Below the pieces are notes generated by a model. It saw nothing but the letters and a program-made list of their open reading frames with translations, was not told the DNA's origin and did no database searches. DNA of 45,925 nt, taken from Candidatus Levybacteria bacterium CG_4_9_14_0_2_um_filter_35_21. Lineage in GTDB: Bacteria; Patescibacteriota; Microgenomatia; Levybacterales; UBA12049. Where the stretch lies: assembly GCA_002788395.1 (NCBI GenBank), contig PFRF01000056.1, positions 1 through 45,925 on the forward strand. The letters run 5' to 3'. Below are positions 1-9,859 of the stretch, in pieces. How positions within the stretch are numbered: the stretch's first letter is position 1; the number at the start of each line of letters is the position of its first letter. The translations under genes were made by a program, and so were the position numbers.

Positions 1-1165
1 TATAATTTCTAAGCAATATCTTTTCCGTTGCAGCTAATTTTAAAACTTCCGGTTTTATTTTTATATTAAAACCTAACACTACCGCTCCAACAGATTTTGC
101 AAACAATACGTCCGAAGATTCAATGTCTCCCGGTTTTGACGAAGCAACTCTAAGCTCTTTTGGCAATGCTTCCAAAATTGCCTCAAGCGATCCATAAGTA
201 TCAGTTCTAATAATAAAAATGGGCATACCCTCCTGACTTTCTTCTTCCTGATTAGGACCAATTGGCACCTCTGTCTCCTCTGTTTCTTTTGTCTCCTCTG
301 TCTCCGGTTGAATCTGAACTTGCTCTTTTTGTACTTCATCTGCTTTAGACTTAACTACTCCGCCAACTTTTGGTACGTTTTCAAAGCCTAAAACCTCTAC
401 GGCCTGACCAACGGTTGCTTCTTTTAGCTGTTGTCCTTTGTCATTGATTAAACTTTTAATCTTTGCCTTAATATTATCCGCAAATATTTCCTCACGCACT
501 CTTAATACGCCGTTTTTAATTATGACTGTGGCTTTTGGACCTGATTTTTGATCTAATCTGGATTCTATTACCATTGCTTCAAGCGGATTTTTTGCAGAAA
601 AAGGGAATTTATCGTAATTTATGTCATAAACCAAAAGAATTAAATCCAAAAGCTCTTTAATGTTGTGATTTACTTTTGCAGAAACCTCAATAACTGGCAC
701 ATCTCCGCCGTAGGCTTCCAGAGTAATTTCTTCTTTTAGAAGCTGTTGTTTTACTTTTTCTGCATTTCCATCCGCTAAATCGGATTTTGTTAAAACAACA
801 ATGAAAGGAATTTTCGAGGCTTTTAAAAGACCAATACTTTCTTTTGTTTGCGGCATTACTCCGTCTGTTGAAGAAATAATTAAAAGAGCAATGTCTGCTG
901 CCATTACCCCTCTGCCGCGCATGTTTGCAAAAGCCTCATGTCCGGGAGTATCTATAAAGGTTATTTTTCTTTTTTTACCTTCATGAGCGATTTCTATTTC
1001 CGAAGCTCCAATTTTTTGGGTAATTCCACCCTGCTCTCTTAACGCAATATTTGTTTTCCTGATTGTATCTAGAAGTGAAGTTTTACCGTGATCAACATGC
1101 CCTAATACGGCAACTACCGGGGGATATTCTGATAAACTGCTCTTTTTCTTGCTCTTACTGTCCAT
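1..1165 (-). CDS. infB: Translation initiation factor IF-2, short form; 3' end runs off the window
   Basis: Hand translation from ATG at 1165: MDSKSKKKSSLSEYPPVVAVLGHVDHGKTSLLDTIRKTNIALREQGGITQKIGA...IDTPGHEAF. Lies directly downstream of nusA. Not in the ORF track because no stop falls inside the window. Confidence 0.95.
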   Translation of the reverse strand, partial: MDSKSKKKSSLSEYPPVVAVLGHVDHGKTSLLDTIRKTNIALREQGGITQKIGASEIEIAHEGKKRKITFIDTPGHEAFANMRGRGVMAADIALLIISSTDGVMPQTKESIGLLKASKIPFIVVLTKSDLADGNAEKVKQQLLKEEITLEAYGGDVPVIEVSAKVNHNIKELLDLILLVYDINYDKFPFSAKNPLEAMVIESRLDQKSGPKATVIIKNGVLRVREEIFADNIKAKIKSLINDKGQQLKEATVGQAVEVLGFENVPKVGGVVKSKADEVQKEQVQIQPETEETKETEETEVPIGPNQEEESQEGMPIFIIRTDTYGSLEAILEALPKELRVASSKPGDIESSDVLFAKSVGAVVLGFNIKIKPEVLKLAATEKILLRNY

Positions 1166-1220
1166 AATCGTTTTTCTAAATTAAGCTCAAACTCAAAATT
1201 TAAAGTTAAAAATCCCATAT

Positions 1221-2372
1221 TCAGGCTTCTTTTACTTTGGCTTTAGACTTAGCTTTAGTTTTGGTTTTAACTTTTGCAGTTTTTTTAGTTTTTTTTGTTT
1301 GCTTTTCTGGCTTGTCCTTTAAAACTTTTTTAGCCTCTACTGCAAATTCCGCCGCTTCGGGGAAGCTAGTCCCCTTGGGGGATGTTTCTTGTGGCTTATC
1401 TTTAGACACTTCGGCAGCTAGAACTTCGTTTCCTTCTATTTCGATTCTATATCCTGTTAATCTGGAAGCAAGTCTCACGTTTTGTCCTTCTTTTCCGATT
1501 GCCAAAGATAATTCTTCCGAATTAACTGTAACATGAGCTATTTTTTCTTTTTCATTAATTTCTACTTTAACGTCTTTTGCAGGAGATAATGCTTGTGCAA
1601 TGTAATTTTTTGGGTTTTCTTGCCATTGAATTATGTCTATTTTTTCAATTCCATTAAATTCCTGCAAAACTGCCTGCACTCTTACTCCTTTTTGACCAAC
1701 ACAGCTTCCAACAGGATCAATTCCCGATTGGTTTGAAAAAACTGCAATTTTGCTTCTTACACCCGCTTCTCTGGCAACTTCTTTTATTTCTACCGATCCT
1801 TGTGCAATTTCCGGCACTTCTCTTTTGAATAATCCTTCCAAAAGCCCGGGAGCAGATCTGGAAACAATTATTTCGTCTCCCCTTAGTCCTTCTTTAATTT
1901 CCAACAAATAAACAGATAGTCTTTGGTTTAAATGATATTTTTCGTTTTGAATTTGTTCTTGGGAAGGCATAATCGCTTCTGTTTTACCAACGTCAATAAT
2001 TATATTTGAGCCCGCAAACCTTAATATCATTCCGTTTATAATTGTTCCAGTTTTAAGCTTATATTCGGTCATTATTGCTTCTTTTTCTTTTTCACGGATT
2101 TTTTGTAAAATTACTTGTTTGGCGGTTTGTGCGGCAATTCTTCCAAAGCCCGGCGGTGTTACGTCTTTTTTGTTGTGGAAGACTTTAGCTTCTCCTGTGT
2201 TATTATCTAAAGTAGCTGTAAATTCTGTAATTTCTGCTCCAGGATGGTCTTTTCTGTAAGCCGCTAAAATAGCATTTTTGACGGTATCTAAAACCAATTC
2301 GGGATCTATCCCCCTTTCGGTGGCGACTTGATTTAGTGCTAATGCGAATTCACTTCTTTGTATTGCCGGCAT
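1221..2372 (-). CDS. nusA: Transcription termination/antitermination factor NusA
   Basis: FGRIAAQTAKQVILQKIRE, S1 and KH domains (DPVGSCVGQKGVRV, LAIGKEGQNVRLASRLTG), Lys-rich tail. Confidence 0.97.
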   Translation of the reverse strand: MPAIQRSEFALALNQVATERGIDPELVLDTVKNAILAAYRKDHPGAEITEFTATLDNNTGEAKVFHNKKDVTPPGFGRIAAQTAKQVILQKIREKEKEAIMTEYKLKTGTIINGMILRFAGSNIIIDVGKTEAIMPSQEQIQNEKYHLNQRLSVYLLEIKEGLRGDEIIVSRSAPGLLEGLFKREVPEIAQGSVEIKEVAREAGVRSKIAVFSNQSGIDPVGSCVGQKGVRVQAVLQEFNGIEKIDIIQWQENPKNYIAQALSPAKDVKVEINEKEKIAHVTVNSEELSLAIGKEGQNVRLASRLTGYRIEIEGNEVLAAEVSKDKPQETSPKGTSFPEAAEFAVEAKKVLKDKPEKQTKKTKKTAKVKTKTKAKSKAKVKEA

Positions 2373-2383
2373 ATATTAATTTT

Positions 2384-2411
2384 AAAAATGGTGGGCTTAA
2401 CTTCCCACCAT
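2384..2411 (-). terminator. Leader hairpin/attenuator upstream of nusA (rimP-leader-like)
   Basis: ATGGTGGG-AAGTTAAG-CCCACCAT-TTTT between the promoter and the nusA ATG. Confidence 0.65.
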
Positions 2412-2435
2412 CTCAAATACCTCTTAATTGAATTC

Positions 2436-2464
2436 ATTTTAGCAGATTTAAGCCTTTCAGTCAA
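2436..2464 (-). promoter_or_regulatory. Sigma70-type promoter of nusA-infB
   Basis: TTGACT (2464-2459), 17 nt spacer, TAAAAT (2441-2436) with extended TG. Confidence 0.7.
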
Positions 2465-3481
2465 CCAAGTGTGCGGGACCTATACATAGAGAACGGTTCG
2501 TTCTCCTCTCTTTTGTAATAGCATTACTAACATATTCCCATGGTGTTTTGTAGCCAAGGCTTTTATGGAATCTCTTAGTGTTGTATTTCGTATTAAATTC
2601 CATACATCTTTGATTAATCATTTCCAAATCGTCCAGAAGATCATCTTGGTAATTAAAATATTCATATTCAGCTGTTTGGTGGAATCTTTCCACTCTGCCG
2701 TTCTGCTTGGGGCAATGTGGGTCAGTAAAAAAATGAGGAATACCCCAGGAGATTATCTCTTTGTGAAACTCAAAGAGATATTCAGAACCATTGTCGGTAT
2801 TAATAGCGGAAATTGAAAAAGGGAAATATTCCCTGACTCTTTTGATAAAGTCTTTACCTGATGCAGAGGAAATTGTTTTGTAGCAGTAAATAAACCCATA
2901 TCTTGATTTGCAATCAATGGCTGAAAATATATAGAATTTCCCTTTTAAAACATAGAAATATTTAGTATCAACCTGAACCAGTGAACCCAAATCCTTCTCT
3001 CTGAGCTCAATTGCAGCTTTAACTCTGGTAATCGAGCGATTTCTGTTTTTTCCGACATTCTTTTTGTGTTGGGTATTTAAAAGCTCAGGGATGTTTGTTA
3101 ATTGTCTTTTGAATTACGTTATGGGCAACTAAAACTCCTTCTCTTTTTAATTCTTCATGAATCTCGTATTTGCTTTTTTTCAGGATCAAGAAGGCGGAAG
3201 TAGTAGATTTTCTGAAGAATCCATAAAGGAGTTGTCATCTCACGAACATTATGGGGTCTTTTGGTTTTAGCATCAAACTCTAAGCTCTTAAGATTTCTCC
3301 TGTCGAACCTATTAAACCACCTATAGAATACGCTTTTTGATATCCCAAAATGTCTGCAGGTTAACTCAGCATTTTTCCCATTAGAGGAATACCAATCAAT
3401 CCAGGTTAATCTTCTTAATGCATCTTTTGATAAAGATGCTGCTTAAATAACAGGAACCGGTAATATTTTGAATGCTTGCAT
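2457..3481 (-). pseudogene. IS481-family DDE transposase pseudogene
   Basis: C-terminal integrase core (VQVDTK, TDNGSEY, QNGRVERFH). The upstream HTH part (ELTCRHFGISKSVFYRWFNRF) has a TAA at codon 13 and several frameshifts between about 3020 and 3185. Confidence 0.85.
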
Positions 3482-3546
3482 GTACGAGCCATTATATGAT
3501 CCTTTCAAAACTTATCAACCGTTCTTTATGTATCGGGTCCTAGACA
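2470..3546 (-). mobile_element. IS481-like insertion sequence, decayed
   Basis: Imperfect terminal inverted repeats TGTGCGGGACC-TATACATAGAGAACGGTT and TGTCTAGGACCCGATACATAAAGAACGGTT; flanks CCAAG and CTAAG (5-bp target duplication with one mismatch). Confidence 0.8.
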
Positions 3547-3720
3547 CTAAGGGGCAGTTCTGTTGGCAGTTATTTTTTAACCAAATTTCAAATGAAAACT
3601 TAATTTTTCTATCTTAAGATTGCAGATTCAAAATTATCAATAAACTAACAAATGCTTGTAAATTATACCTCAATGCTTTTGAATATTAAAGTAAACTTAA
3701 TAACAATTGTCTATGTAAAT

Positions 3721-3746
3721 AGTTCAATGATTTGAACCATTGAACT
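3721..3746. repeat. 26-bp palindrome, family A (orphan copy)
   Basis: AGTTCAATGATTTGAACCATTGAACT; 25/26 identical to 31574-31599. Confidence 0.9.
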
Positions 3747-3858
3747 GAAATAATTTTGATAATTTTAACTATTAAAACTAAAGACGAGGGTTTTATTCCG
3801 GAGATAAAAAATGAATTATAAACACTTAATTCTTCTGTCTTAAAACTGCGGGAATGTT

Positions 3859-3928
3859 TTATCCTGAGCTTGCCTTATTTACCCTGAATTTTACTGAAGG
3901 GAATTTTCCGAAAGGATCCTGCCGAAGA
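3859..3928. repeat. Cluster of degenerate REP-like short repeats
   Basis: TTATCCTGAGCTTGCC, TTACCCTGAATTTTACTGAAGGGA and TCCTGCCGAAGA resemble copies at 27227, 29389 and 43803. Confidence 0.5.
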
Positions 3929-3999
3929 ACCAAGACATCTCTTGTTTCTAGCTTCTTTTTCTAGAAAAACATGTAGATAAAATCTAATCCCTTTAGAGG

Positions 4000-4734
4000 T
4001 TAGGGTTTCCAACCTTCGTAGGCAAAGTAATTTCCGTTTTGCATAACACAAATAAAAGGGGTATCTGCCCGCATGTTTTCGGCATGAGGACCAGAATTAA
4101 TCCATATATCTACAACATCCATATAGTTAGAGTTCATGGCAATATTTTCCGTTACATGACTATAGCTTGAGTACGGAAGGGATTTTGAATTGATTCTTTG
4201 CGTAAATCCATCGTGATTAAAATTAGAAGCTATTTCTTCTGCTCTTGTTTTTGCAAAAGAACAGGTTTCCGAATTAGAAGAGACAGCGAAAAGACCTTTA
4301 GAAGCTCTGTAAGCATTAATTTTATCTAAAATAAAACTATTGCTATCCCCTGCTGAATTATTACTAGTAACTTTTTCCACTACTGAATTTTGAACTTGGG
4401 TAAGTTGTGGTATATTTTCTTGTTTTGTTAATTGTGTTGGAGTTGGAACAGAAATAGAAACAGGAGTTGGTGTTAATGCAAGCAACGGTGTTGAAGTTGA
4501 TGTTGGAACTAGAGTTGGAATCGGAGATGCTTCAGCTGCGTTTGCTTCAGCCGCGTTTGACGCGGACGCGGGAGATGGAATTTTATATTCCTCAATGTTT
4601 GCCCCAAGGACGCCCTTTGAGGTTTTTTTAGAAATCTGCGCTTCTGACTTATATACGGAAAGCATCCATGAGGCAGAATAGATGACCGAAAGCGCAACGA
4701 TAAAAAAATAAACGCCCTTGCCAAATCGTTGCAT
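4000..4734 (-). CDS. Membrane-anchored CAP/SCP domain protein
   Basis: N-terminal TM, P/T-rich linker, INAYRASKGL...ENIA...WINSGPHAENM CAP motifs. Confidence 0.85.
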   Translation of the reverse strand: MQRFGKGVYFFIVALSVIYSASWMLSVYKSEAQISKKTSKGVLGANIEEYKIPSPASASNAAEANAAEASPIPTLVPTSTSTPLLALTPTPVSISVPTPTQLTKQENIPQLTQVQNSVVEKVTSNNSAGDSNSFILDKINAYRASKGLFAVSSNSETCSFAKTRAEEIASNFNHDGFTQRINSKSLPYSSYSHVTENIAMNSNYMDVVDIWINSGPHAENMRADTPFICVMQNGNYFAYEGWKP

Positions 4735-4814
4735 TTATTTAAATATACAAAATAAAATAGGCTGTTGTCAATTTTTTTATAGGCTTTGTATATTTAGGAT
4801 ATATTTTGTATATA

Positions 4815-4844
4815 TTGACAGAAATATATTAAGTGAACTATGAT
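4815..4844 (+). promoter_or_regulatory. Sigma70-type promoter of the 198-aa repeat protein gene
   Basis: TTGACA, 18 nt spacer, TATGAT. Confidence 0.65.
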
Positions 4845-4905
4845 TTTTACTAATCAAAGGCAGGATAAATATCAAATAGTGCCAATCTGTCCTCTGATTA
4901 TTATT

Positions 4906-4922
4906 TCGACCGTAAACGGAGA
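4906..4922 (+). promoter_or_regulatory. Shared leader motif, copy 1
   Basis: TCGACCGTAAACGGAGA; 16/17 identical to the minus-strand copy at 11308-11324. Confidence 0.7.
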
Positions 4923-4960
4923 AATATGATAGCTGCTCAAATTAATTTTAGGAAAAATAT

Positions 4961-4992
4961 AAGCCTGATATAGAAATATATGGGCTTTTTTT
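4961..4992 (+). terminator. Leader intrinsic terminator
   Basis: AAGCCT-G-ATATA-GAAA-TATAT-GGGCTT-TTTTT upstream of the 5063 start. Confidence 0.6.
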
Positions 4993-5062
4993 GTGTGAAG
5001 ACCTGCCTATCACACAAGCCGAGTCTGCGGGGCATTGCGGACAAGAAGGGGGGTGAAAAATA

Positions 5063-5659
5063 ATGAAAACAAAAATAACAACAGCTTTAGTAACCGGCGC
5101 TCTGCTCGCAGCAACTGTTCTGCCTGCAGCTGCATTTGCAGACAGCGTTACAATTCAAGGAAATGGAGCAGAATCGACTAATGTTGCGGGAATTTTAAAT
5201 ATTAACGCAACTTCTGTTTCGCAAACCAATGAAACCGTTGCGATAACTTTGGTAAGTTCGAAAGCAAACACCGGTGGAAATACTGCCAATGGAAACACAG
5301 GAGGAAATGTTTCCGTAGATGCCGGCAATGCAACTTCAACAGTAAATACCACTGTTAGAGGCTCGACAAACTACGCTGCTATTCCTTGCGGCTGTTCCGA
5401 GGGAACAACCGATATTAAGGTAAAAGGTAACGGCGCAGACTCAACAAATATAGCAGGAGCGGCAAATATAAATCTGTCTAAAACTAGACAGAAAAATAGA
5501 ACTTTTGCAGTCACAGCTGTAAGATCAAGAGCAAGAACCGGAGGCAATACTGCCAATGGAAATACAGGTCCAGGAAGCGTAACTGTTGGAACAACAGGTA
5601 ACGCAAGTTCTACTGTATATACTACAGTAGGAGGAAGTTCAAACACACTTAATCCATAA
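5063..5659 (+). CDS. Secreted Asn/Gly/Thr-rich repeat protein (2 repeats), putative fibre subunit
   Basis: Signal peptide ending AFA; two ~85-aa repeats GNGAxSTN...Q.N...TGGNTANGNTG...GNA joined by CGC; strong SD AAGGGGGGTGA. Confidence 0.85.
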   Translation: MKTKITTALVTGALLAATVLPAAAFADSVTIQGNGAESTNVAGILNINATSVSQTNETVAITLVSSKANTGGNTANGNTGGNVSVDAGNATSTVNTTVRGSTNYAAIPCGCSEGTTDIKVKGNGADSTNIAGAANINLSKTRQKNRTFAVTAVRSRARTGGNTANGNTGPGSVTVGTTGNASSTVYTTVGGSSNTLNP

Positions 5660-5693
5660 TTGGGATTGAGTAAGTTTAACCGATCCGTTTAAC

Positions 5694-5733
5694 AAAAGAA
5701 AAACCTTTCCCAGACGGGAAAGGTTTTTCTTTT
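5694..5733. terminator. Bidirectional intrinsic terminator
   Basis: AAAAGAAAAACCTTTCCC-AGAC-GGGAAAGGTTTTTCTTTT between convergent genes. Confidence 0.9.
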
Positions 5734-5779
5734 ACTTTTTAAAGAATTTTTATTTAAGTCATTTCTGCTCTTTGATTAT

Positions 5780-5809
5780 ATAGTTCAATGATTCAAATCA
5801 TTGAACTAT
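5780..5809. repeat. Palindrome, family A (orphan copy between convergent genes)
   Basis: ATAGTTCAATGATT-CA-AATCATTGAACTAT. Confidence 0.9.
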
Positions 5810-5879
5810 TAAGTGTCTATTTTCAAAGGCTGTAAAAAAGACAAACTAATCCTATTTTGAGGCTCTGTCTCTATTTTTA

Positions 5880-6452
5880 CTATTTTATCGGGACGGCAAA
5901 AACCAGAAGCCGCATTAAAGAAGTCCCGATAGGAGTACAAGTTTGTAAGATTAGCTTATTTTCCTGATTTTTTTCCAAATATTTAATTTCGTTTGGCCAA
6001 ACGGTTTTTTTATCCATAACTTTATAGTTATACTGTTTTCCTTTATCAAAAATTTTAACAATATCTCCTTTTGTTAATTCCCCCAAACGCAAAAAGATGG
6101 TGTTATATCGAGCTATACGCCATGGTAAATCCGATGAATGTGCAAATATGTAGATTGTTCCGTTTTGAGGCGGAAATGCTGTTCCCTTTGCCTGTGCGAC
6201 TCCTTTTTCCAAAACCGGTCTGTAATCCGCTTCTTTCCAGGGATTAATATCTTTAAAAATAGGTGCTTGAGCATTAATTTTAGGAATTTGAATATAGGTA
6301 CCGTTTTTAATAATATTGTTATCGACTTTAGGAGTAAAAACAAAAAGCATTATATATGGATAATAAATATACAAAAGGAGAAGTGCGGAAAAAAGCATTA
6401 ATAAATTTCCGATATAAAAAGCGAATGGTTTTTTAGGTTTCTTTTGTTTCAT
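5880..6452 (-). CDS. Sortase
   Basis: N-terminal TM, IQIPKIN, IFAHS (His), LILQTCTP (Cys) and downstream Arg; own promoter TTGACT-16-TATAAT at 6488-6461. Confidence 0.92.
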   Translation of the reverse strand: MKQKKPKKPFAFYIGNLLMLFSALLLLYIYYPYIMLFVFTPKVDNNIIKNGTYIQIPKINAQAPIFKDINPWKEADYRPVLEKGVAQAKGTAFPPQNGTIYIFAHSSDLPWRIARYNTIFLRLGELTKGDIVKIFDKGKQYNYKVMDKKTVWPNEIKYLEKNQENKLILQTCTPIGTSLMRLLVFAVPIK

Positions 6453-6494
6453 TGGGTCTTATTATAACGAGGAACTTTGAGGAGTCAAGAAGTA

Positions 6495-7652
6495 TTAAGC
6501 TACAGTCACTCCTGGAGAATTCCCCGAGTGTAGTCGCAGAAATAATCCAGTAAAAAACATTATTAGTGCTCCAAGAATCATTAGGAATAACCAATAACCT
6601 CCACCTGTTGCCGGAAGCATTGCGCCAAGCACTGCTTGAGCAATATTGCTTCCACTGCTTCCGCCATCGCTTCTACCATCACTTCGTCCGTCGCCGCCGC
6701 CGCCACCATTCCCGCCGCCACCCGGTGGTGGTGGAGGTGGAGGAGAGGTTACAGGTGGTGGTGGAGGATTAACCGGCTTCTTACAGGAAAAGCAGGAAAA
6801 GTCAGAATTGTTAATATCTTCGTTACTAATATTAATTGTGCTATCTATGTTTCCTGTTGTAATTAGTACACTGCCGTTATTGTTATCGGCAGAATTGTTA
6901 CCTGTATTTGTATCATCAACTACATTGTTTAAAATGTTGGCAATATTTATAACGGAGTAATCTAATTCGTTTGTACAAGATGCAAAAATATTATTAAATG
7001 ACCCTTCCCCGTTTCCGGAAATTTTATATAAAAACAAACCGTTATTTGTTCCCTGCGGATCACTGTTTTGGTTAATGTTTTTATTATTAATGTTTATCTT
7101 GTCCGTAATATTCCCCGTTATGATTGTTACGTCTCCGTTATTGTTATCGGCTGTATTATTTCCAGTATTAGCATGAACCTCAACATTATTAACGATATTA
7201 ACATTATTGGATTGGGAAATGTTTACAGATGTTCTATTACCAATGTCAATGTTGTTGTTTGAATCGGAGCCATTACCGGTTATTATTACCTCTCCACTCT
7301 CGCAAGGACCTGAACATTCGCATCCGCCGCAATCTTTATTGCTAAAATTATTAGTGTTGATATTTTGGTTTTGAATATCTGTCGTAGTTGTAATATTTCC
7401 TGTTGAAATATTGGTATCTCCAGAGTTTGAGTTTGCAGTGTTATCTCCGGTATTAGCATCTGAATTTACCTGATTATTAATATCCGCATTATTGGATTGA
7501 TTTACAGTTGTAGCATTTTGTACCGAAACATTAACCGCATTCTGCGAGGAATCTCCATTACCTTCTATAGAAAGCACGGTTTCTGCTCCCGCAACTTTTG
7601 GCGAAACAATAAATAATACTAATGACAGAAATAAAATACTTATCTTTTTCAT
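6495..7652 (-). CDS. Asn-rich repeat protein with LPXTG sorting signal
   Basis: Signal peptide, 3 repeats with Cys-containing linkers, poly-Pro/Gly spacer, LPATG followed by a hydrophobic helix. Confidence 0.88.
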   Translation of the reverse strand: MKKISILFLSLVLFIVSPKVAGAETVLSIEGNGDSSQNAVNVSVQNATTVNQSNNADINNQVNSDANTGDNTANSNSGDTNISTGNITTTTDIQNQNINTNNFSNKDCGGCECSGPCESGEVIITGNGSDSNNNIDIGNRTSVNISQSNNVNIVNNVEVHANTGNNTADNNNGDVTIITGNITDKININNKNINQNSDPQGTNNGLFLYKISGNGEGSFNNIFASCTNELDYSVINIANILNNVVDDTNTGNNSADNNNGSVLITTGNIDSTINISNEDINNSDFSCFSCKKPVNPPPPPVTSPPPPPPPGGGGNGGGGGDGRSDGRSDGGSSGSNIAQAVLGAMLPATGGGYWLFLMILGALIMFFTGLFLRLHSGNSPGVTVA

Positions 7653-7675
7653 ATTAGAAGACTTTTAAAATTTAT

Positions 7676-9817
7676 TTATTTTAAAAATCGGGGCAGATTT
7701 TTTATTTTCTTACCCAGGACAAGGAGCAGGACAATTCCCGGGATCAGAACAATTAACCACGCTGCGTTGATCTTAATTGCTTTTGTATCGGTTTTACCAA
7801 GCACATTTTTGGCAAGAATATTTTTTGCCTGATCAGAAACTCCGGCTACCAATACGCTGGTAAAAGAACCACCGTTGTTTACTAAAGCGTTCGAAGTAAC
7901 CGAAGCAGCAACAGCTCCGCTTTGCCCGTTGTCGCTATTTGAGTTATTATTTGATCCGCCGGAATTTCCATTGTTTAAATTATTGTCTTGATTCTGAACA
8001 GCTGCAGTCTGTGTTTGCTGATTATTGTTTTCTGTTTTTTGCTGTTTTGTTTGGCCGGGAGCTATAAAATCTCCAAGCCAGCTGCCAAAAACATTAATAA
8101 CCGTTACAACTAACTTCCCATTGCTGGCTATATTGTTGTTAACAAAATTAACAATATTTGCAATTATTTTTGCATCACCAGTAACAATACCTGAATTCCC
8201 ACCGGTATTAAAGTTTGATGTATTATTACCCGTATTCGCAGATAAATTAAGGGCGTTATTTACATTTGCAGTATTGCTTTGAACAACGGTATTATTCGTT
8301 GTTTGATTTGCGTTACTTGAATTGGATGAATTTGCGCCATTTGCATTATTTATTGCTGTAACTTCCCCTGTAACAGGATCTACTGCAAATTCTGTTCCCG
8401 CAGATCCGGCAAAAGTGGATCCGTCCGGAGAGCCAATGATTTGACCAAACCATTGCCCTGCTCTATTAACTATTACCAACCACCAATTACCGCCGTCAAT
8501 ATTGGAATTTGCAATATTCAAGACGTTTGCGTCTACCTCCGCATTGCCTGTTTTAATAGTTGAATTGCTATCCGTGTTAAAGTTTGTATCGTTATTTCCT
8601 GTTTGAGCATCTAGCACAAGCGCATTATTAATGGATGCGTCGTTTGATTGAAAAGTGTTGTCATTGGTTATGCTCGTTGCGCCTGCAGTGTTATTAGAAC
8701 CTGCGCCATTATCTGTATTTACGGCTACTGCCGAACCGCCACAGCTTCCCCCGCAAATTTTATTTATTGCATCTTCTGTGAGTATAATATTTCCAATTAA
8801 ATCCCCGAAAATATTAACAACTCCATAGATGATGTTTCCTGCAATATTATTGTTAACAAATGTTAAAGCATTAGCAGAAACATTAGCATCGCCTGTAACA
8901 ATATCTGAGTCGCCTCCGGTGTTAAAGCTTGCATCATTATTACCTGAATCTGCGCTAAGAGTGAGATTGCTGGATACACCTGCATTATTTGTTTGAGTGG
9001 TGTTATTATTCGTGGTGCTATTGCTATCTGATTGATTAGTGGAGCCTGCTCCGTTTCCTGTGTTTGAGGCAGTCGTTGAACCTGAACCGCATCCGTTTAC
9101 ACAGTTTGCGCCAAAATCTAAAACTATATCTCCAACGTGATCATCTGCAATGTTAAACTCCGCTACCGCTACGCCGTCTACATTAGTATTAACTGCTGTA
9201 ATAACTGTTCCGGAGGTATTAGCATCGCCTGTTTTAATAGATGAATCCCCGACATTAAAAGAAGTATTATTTTGTCCGGTAACAGTCGCCTGATTTAAAT
9301 TATTATTAACAGTTGCGCTGTTTCCCTGAGTTATATTGTTGTTATCAATAACTGATGCAGAAGCGTTATTGGAAGAATCTGCTCCGTTTCCGGTATTTGA
9401 AACCGAAACACTTTCACCATCTCCATTACCTGCTGCCGCGAGGTTTGAATTACCGGTTGTTAATAATGAAGTATCATTGGTTGCATCTCCGGTAACGATT
9501 GCTGGATCTCCCGTACCCCCACTGATAGACGTTTCCTGCTCTGGATTTGTACTATTAATCGTCGCTGTTGGAGCAGTCGGAGCTTCGGGTGCTGTTGGAG
9601 CTTCCGGTGCTGTTGGTGCAGTTGGAACCGATGGAGCCGTTGGAACGCTTGGAGCTGTCGGAGCTTCGGGTGCAGTCGGAGCCTCCGGAGCCGTAGGCGC
9701 TGTTGGAGCCGTAGGCGGCGTCGGGATATCTTCCGCATAAACCGGCACAATGCGTGTAAACAGCATTGCTGTTATTAATAGTATAGTTATATATTTTTTA
9801 ATATTTATAATTTTCAT
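7676..9817 (-). CDS. Large Asn-rich repeat protein with C-terminal TM anchor
   Basis: Signal peptide, (PTA)n tract, about 4-5 repeats (GNGAxSxN...TGxNxxxFNTGG...TGDA), CxxxC linkers, C-terminal TM and basic tail. Confidence 0.88.
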   Translation of the reverse strand: MKIINIKKYITILLITAMLFTRIVPVYAEDIPTPPTAPTAPTAPEAPTAPEAPTAPSVPTAPSVPTAPTAPEAPTAPEAPTAPTATINSTNPEQETSISGGTGDPAIVTGDATNDTSLLTTGNSNLAAAGNGDGESVSVSNTGNGADSSNNASASVIDNNNITQGNSATVNNNLNQATVTGQNNTSFNVGDSSIKTGDANTSGTVITAVNTNVDGVAVAEFNIADDHVGDIVLDFGANCVNGCGSGSTTASNTGNGAGSTNQSDSNSTTNNNTTQTNNAGVSSNLTLSADSGNNDASFNTGGDSDIVTGDANVSANALTFVNNNIAGNIIYGVVNIFGDLIGNIILTEDAINKICGGSCGGSAVAVNTDNGAGSNNTAGATSITNDNTFQSNDASINNALVLDAQTGNNDTNFNTDSNSTIKTGNAEVDANVLNIANSNIDGGNWWLVIVNRAGQWFGQIIGSPDGSTFAGSAGTEFAVDPVTGEVTAINNANGANSSNSSNANQTTNNTVVQSNTANVNNALNLSANTGNNTSNFNTGGNSGIVTGDAKIIANIVNFVNNNIASNGKLVVTVINVFGSWLGDFIAPGQTKQQKTENNNQQTQTAAVQNQDNNLNNGNSGGSNNNSNSDNGQSGAVAASVTSNALVNNGGSFTSVLVAGVSDQAKNILAKNVLGKTDTKAIKINAAWLIVLIPGIVLLLVLGKKIKNLPRFLK
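9561..9724 (-). repeat. 9-bp-period coding tandem repeat (PTA/PEA/PSV)n
   Basis: [30 protein letters not shown]... Confidence 0.9.
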
Positions 9818-9859
9818 TTTAAATTTTTAACTTTGAACTTTTAATTTTTAACTTGTCTC

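Noticed and set aside
79-339. 86-aa Arg/Lys-rich ORF
   Set aside because: It is an alternative frame inside infB.
1345-1383. GC-rich hairpin-like stretch in the nusA tail (SPKGTSFPEAAEF) as another in-frame repeat insertion
   Set aside because: Plausible, but there is only one copy in the window, so it cannot be supported.
2990-3481. Programmed frameshifting in the first transposase
   Set aside because: An early in-frame stop plus several separate frame breaks indicate decay.
4529-4565. 15-bp duplication (NAAEA x2) and small palindrome in the CAP gene linker
   Set aside because: Consistent with ordinary slippage in a low-complexity linker.
4840-4929. 29-codon ORF (MIFTNQ...NGEI) as a leader peptide
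   Set aside because: Its ATG lies inside the predicted -10 box, upstream of the likely transcription start.
4851-5062. Known riboswitch (c-di-GMP, SAM, TPP etc.) in the long leader
   Set aside because: I could not match the consensus of any riboswitch class by eye; an Rfam search is needed.
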